From: Camelus ferus
Lineage: Eukaryota
Direction of reading: 5' to 3'
Length of the DNA stretch: 64,000 nt
NCBI RefSeq assembly: GCF_009834535.1
Contig: NC_045696.1
Coordinates: 5,334,001 to 5,398,000, forward strand
Part shown: one piece after another, positions 62,311-64,000 of the stretch
Position numbering within the stretch: the stretch's first letter is position 1
Layout: each line of letters starts with the position of its first letter
The notes under the pieces: model-generated
What the model was told of the DNA's origin: nothing
What the model saw: the letters and a program-made list of their open reading frames with translations, nothing else
Databases searched by the model: none
Position numbers and translations under genes: made by a program

Positions 62311-62733
62311 ATGTTCACAAGAACAGTTCTTTTGTGAAAGGAAAAAAAATAGTCCTGAGGGCGAAGTCTTCCGGGATGGGGCCAGTTTAGAAGTCAAGTT
62401 CAATTCCCAGCAGAGCCACCGCTCAGAGGTTTCTGCAGACACCCACCCTCTCCCAGCCCCTTGGAAGTAACAAGGGAACTTGGCTGTTCAGAGCCCTGGC
62501 ACTTCCCAGAAAAGACCACCCCCCAAAATCCTGCAGCACAGCACTGTATGGAACTGTCTGCTCTCTTACGGTTCTTTTGGAATAAGTGGCTTGTCCCCAC
62601 CACATTCTAATTCTGTCATGGGACTCAGGGTCCAGGGCTTCCGCACAGAATAGGTGCCAGTGGGACATGTGGACTATACACTTAGAGAAGGTCCTGAAGC
62701 AAATAAATAGGGGGAAATGCTGCGTCTTCCAGT

Positions 62734-63306
62734 TGAAAGGGATTGGAATATGCCACCCTGAAGTATGCCACTTTTGCACAAGGATTATTTTTAAAATGAA
62801 GACCTTTGAAATTGAACAGATTGAAAAAAAAAAAAAAAAAAAAAAGGCCTTCCCAGAGCTTCCCTTTTTCTGACTAAAAGCAGCAACTCCACCAACTCCA
62901 AGGCTGCCATGAATTCCTCTCCAGGGTGGATCTCCTCCCCCTAGGGGAACACAAACAAATCTACTCCAGATCCCTTCTGCAGCAGAATTTATGGTGCCGA
63001 AGAAGATGGAAAGGCTGCTCATACCTGCACAGACAAATATTACTACTGCTTTCTTAATGCCTGTCCATCCTGAAGAAATGTATACGTTCTTCCCATATTT
63101 CTTACCCCTTCCCTTTCCCTTACTAAATTAGCTACTAAGTCATTAACCCTAACCATTTAATGAGTCAGGTACTTCCCTTGTTGGCTCCCATATACACACA
63201 AAATATACTTTTTTCTCCTGTTAATCTGTCTTTTGTCAGTTTAATTCACAAGCCTTTTTCACAGAACATAAAAGGGTAGAGGAAAGTACTCTTTCCCCTT
63301 CCCTAC
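62734..63306 (+). mobile_element. ERV1 solo LTR, MER34/MER39-like
   Basis: TGAAAGGGATTGGAATATGCCACCCTGAAGTATGCCACTTT start; ttttctcctgttaatctgtcttttgtcagt near the end; near-TSD CAGT / CAGG. Confidence 0.8.
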
Positions 63307-63732
63307 CAGGCTCTGTACTAGGACCTGGTCAGAAGAATGGTGAATAGGCAGGTAGAATTGGGGAGTCAATATATTCATCAAACAACTTCATAAATACACG
63401 TAAGATTGTAGATCTTGTTTAGGAGCTGTGTCCCCAAAGACCTAGCATAATTCAAAACTCAGATAATTCCAACAATGAGCCACGGAATAAAAATCTAAGG
63501 CCAAGGTAGCTCGTTATTGTCCTAATTTGCTTTTTTTTTTTTTTTTTAATTTTCTTGGTTTTAGTCCTTCCTGATGTTTAGAGTATCAGTCGGCACCAGG
63601 AGTCATGAGGACTGGCTTTCAGAGCACAGTATCAACCAAGATTTCTAGCCCTACCCTCAGCCTCAGCACTGACTACTGAGAGAATATTGTTAGAGCTTCT
63701 AGAAAATTTCAAGTTATAATAACAAAGTGCAT

Positions 63733-64000
63733 ATGGAGAGGGGGAAAAACACTTTACCCCCCTCAGCCTATGGCTGTGGCCCTAGAAATTAAATAGACAA
63801 AGCTAAGTTAACAAGAAAAAAAACAAGAGATTGGCAGGAGTTTATTAACACATGCTGCACACAAACACGCAGGAGAAACAAGCCCTAAGCGTGAGTTAGG
63901 GCTCAAGCTTAAATGGTATCTAACAAGACAATGAATTCGTAGAGAAGTGACAAGAAAAGGAGTTTCGGCTTTGGGGGGGGTGGCAAACTGCAGGAAGGTG
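63733..64000 (-). mobile_element. Second MER34/39-related LTR, inverted relative to 62734-63306, truncated by the window edge
   Basis: aaattaaatagacaaagctaagttaacaagaaaaa resembles the reverse complement of the 63211-63245 segment. Confidence 0.5.

Noticed and set aside
61662..62390. 242-aa plus-strand ORF over the CpG-rich region
   Set aside because: Arg/Pro/Ala/Gly-rich translation expected from GC-rich promoter DNA; the RARGRARG and HVHVHV repeats merely reflect the ACGTG array.

Overview
Mammalian genomic DNA, most likely a camelid (alpaca/llama/camel), judged from two tRNA-derived SINEs that resemble the camelid vic-1 family as I recall it. The window holds one complete protein-coding gene on the minus strand, IGSF5 (JAM4), a tight-junction immunoglobulin-superfamily adhesion molecule. 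I assembled 8 coding exons by hand: 58548-58491, 51576-51259, 46595-46296, 36802-36662, 33935-33911, 30757-30657, 29386-29313 and 22923-22828. All have GT-AG junctions and consistent phases, giving 1113 nt = 370 aa + stop: signal peptide, 2 Ig domains, transmembrane segment, CCCC cluster and a C-terminal PDZ ligand (VTLV). The signal-peptide exon, the 25-nt micro-exon, the 74-nt exon and the last exon are absent from the supplied ORF track. A CpG-rich promoter candidate with a probable non-coding first exon lies at about 61.7-62.3 kb. The remainder is intron or intergenic sequence rich in L1, L2, MIR, MaLR/ERV LTRs, hAT/Tigger DNA transposons and simple repeats. Repeat family names are from memory of consensus sequences, not from a search. 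I found no evidence for a wholly new biological system. The most interesting signals are regulatory and splicing architecture: a tandem ACGTG/E-box array, a near-consensus PPRE/DR2 composite, a sense-oriented intronic LTR, a 31-bp CCAAT minisatellite and a frameshifting micro-exon followed by a CA repeat.
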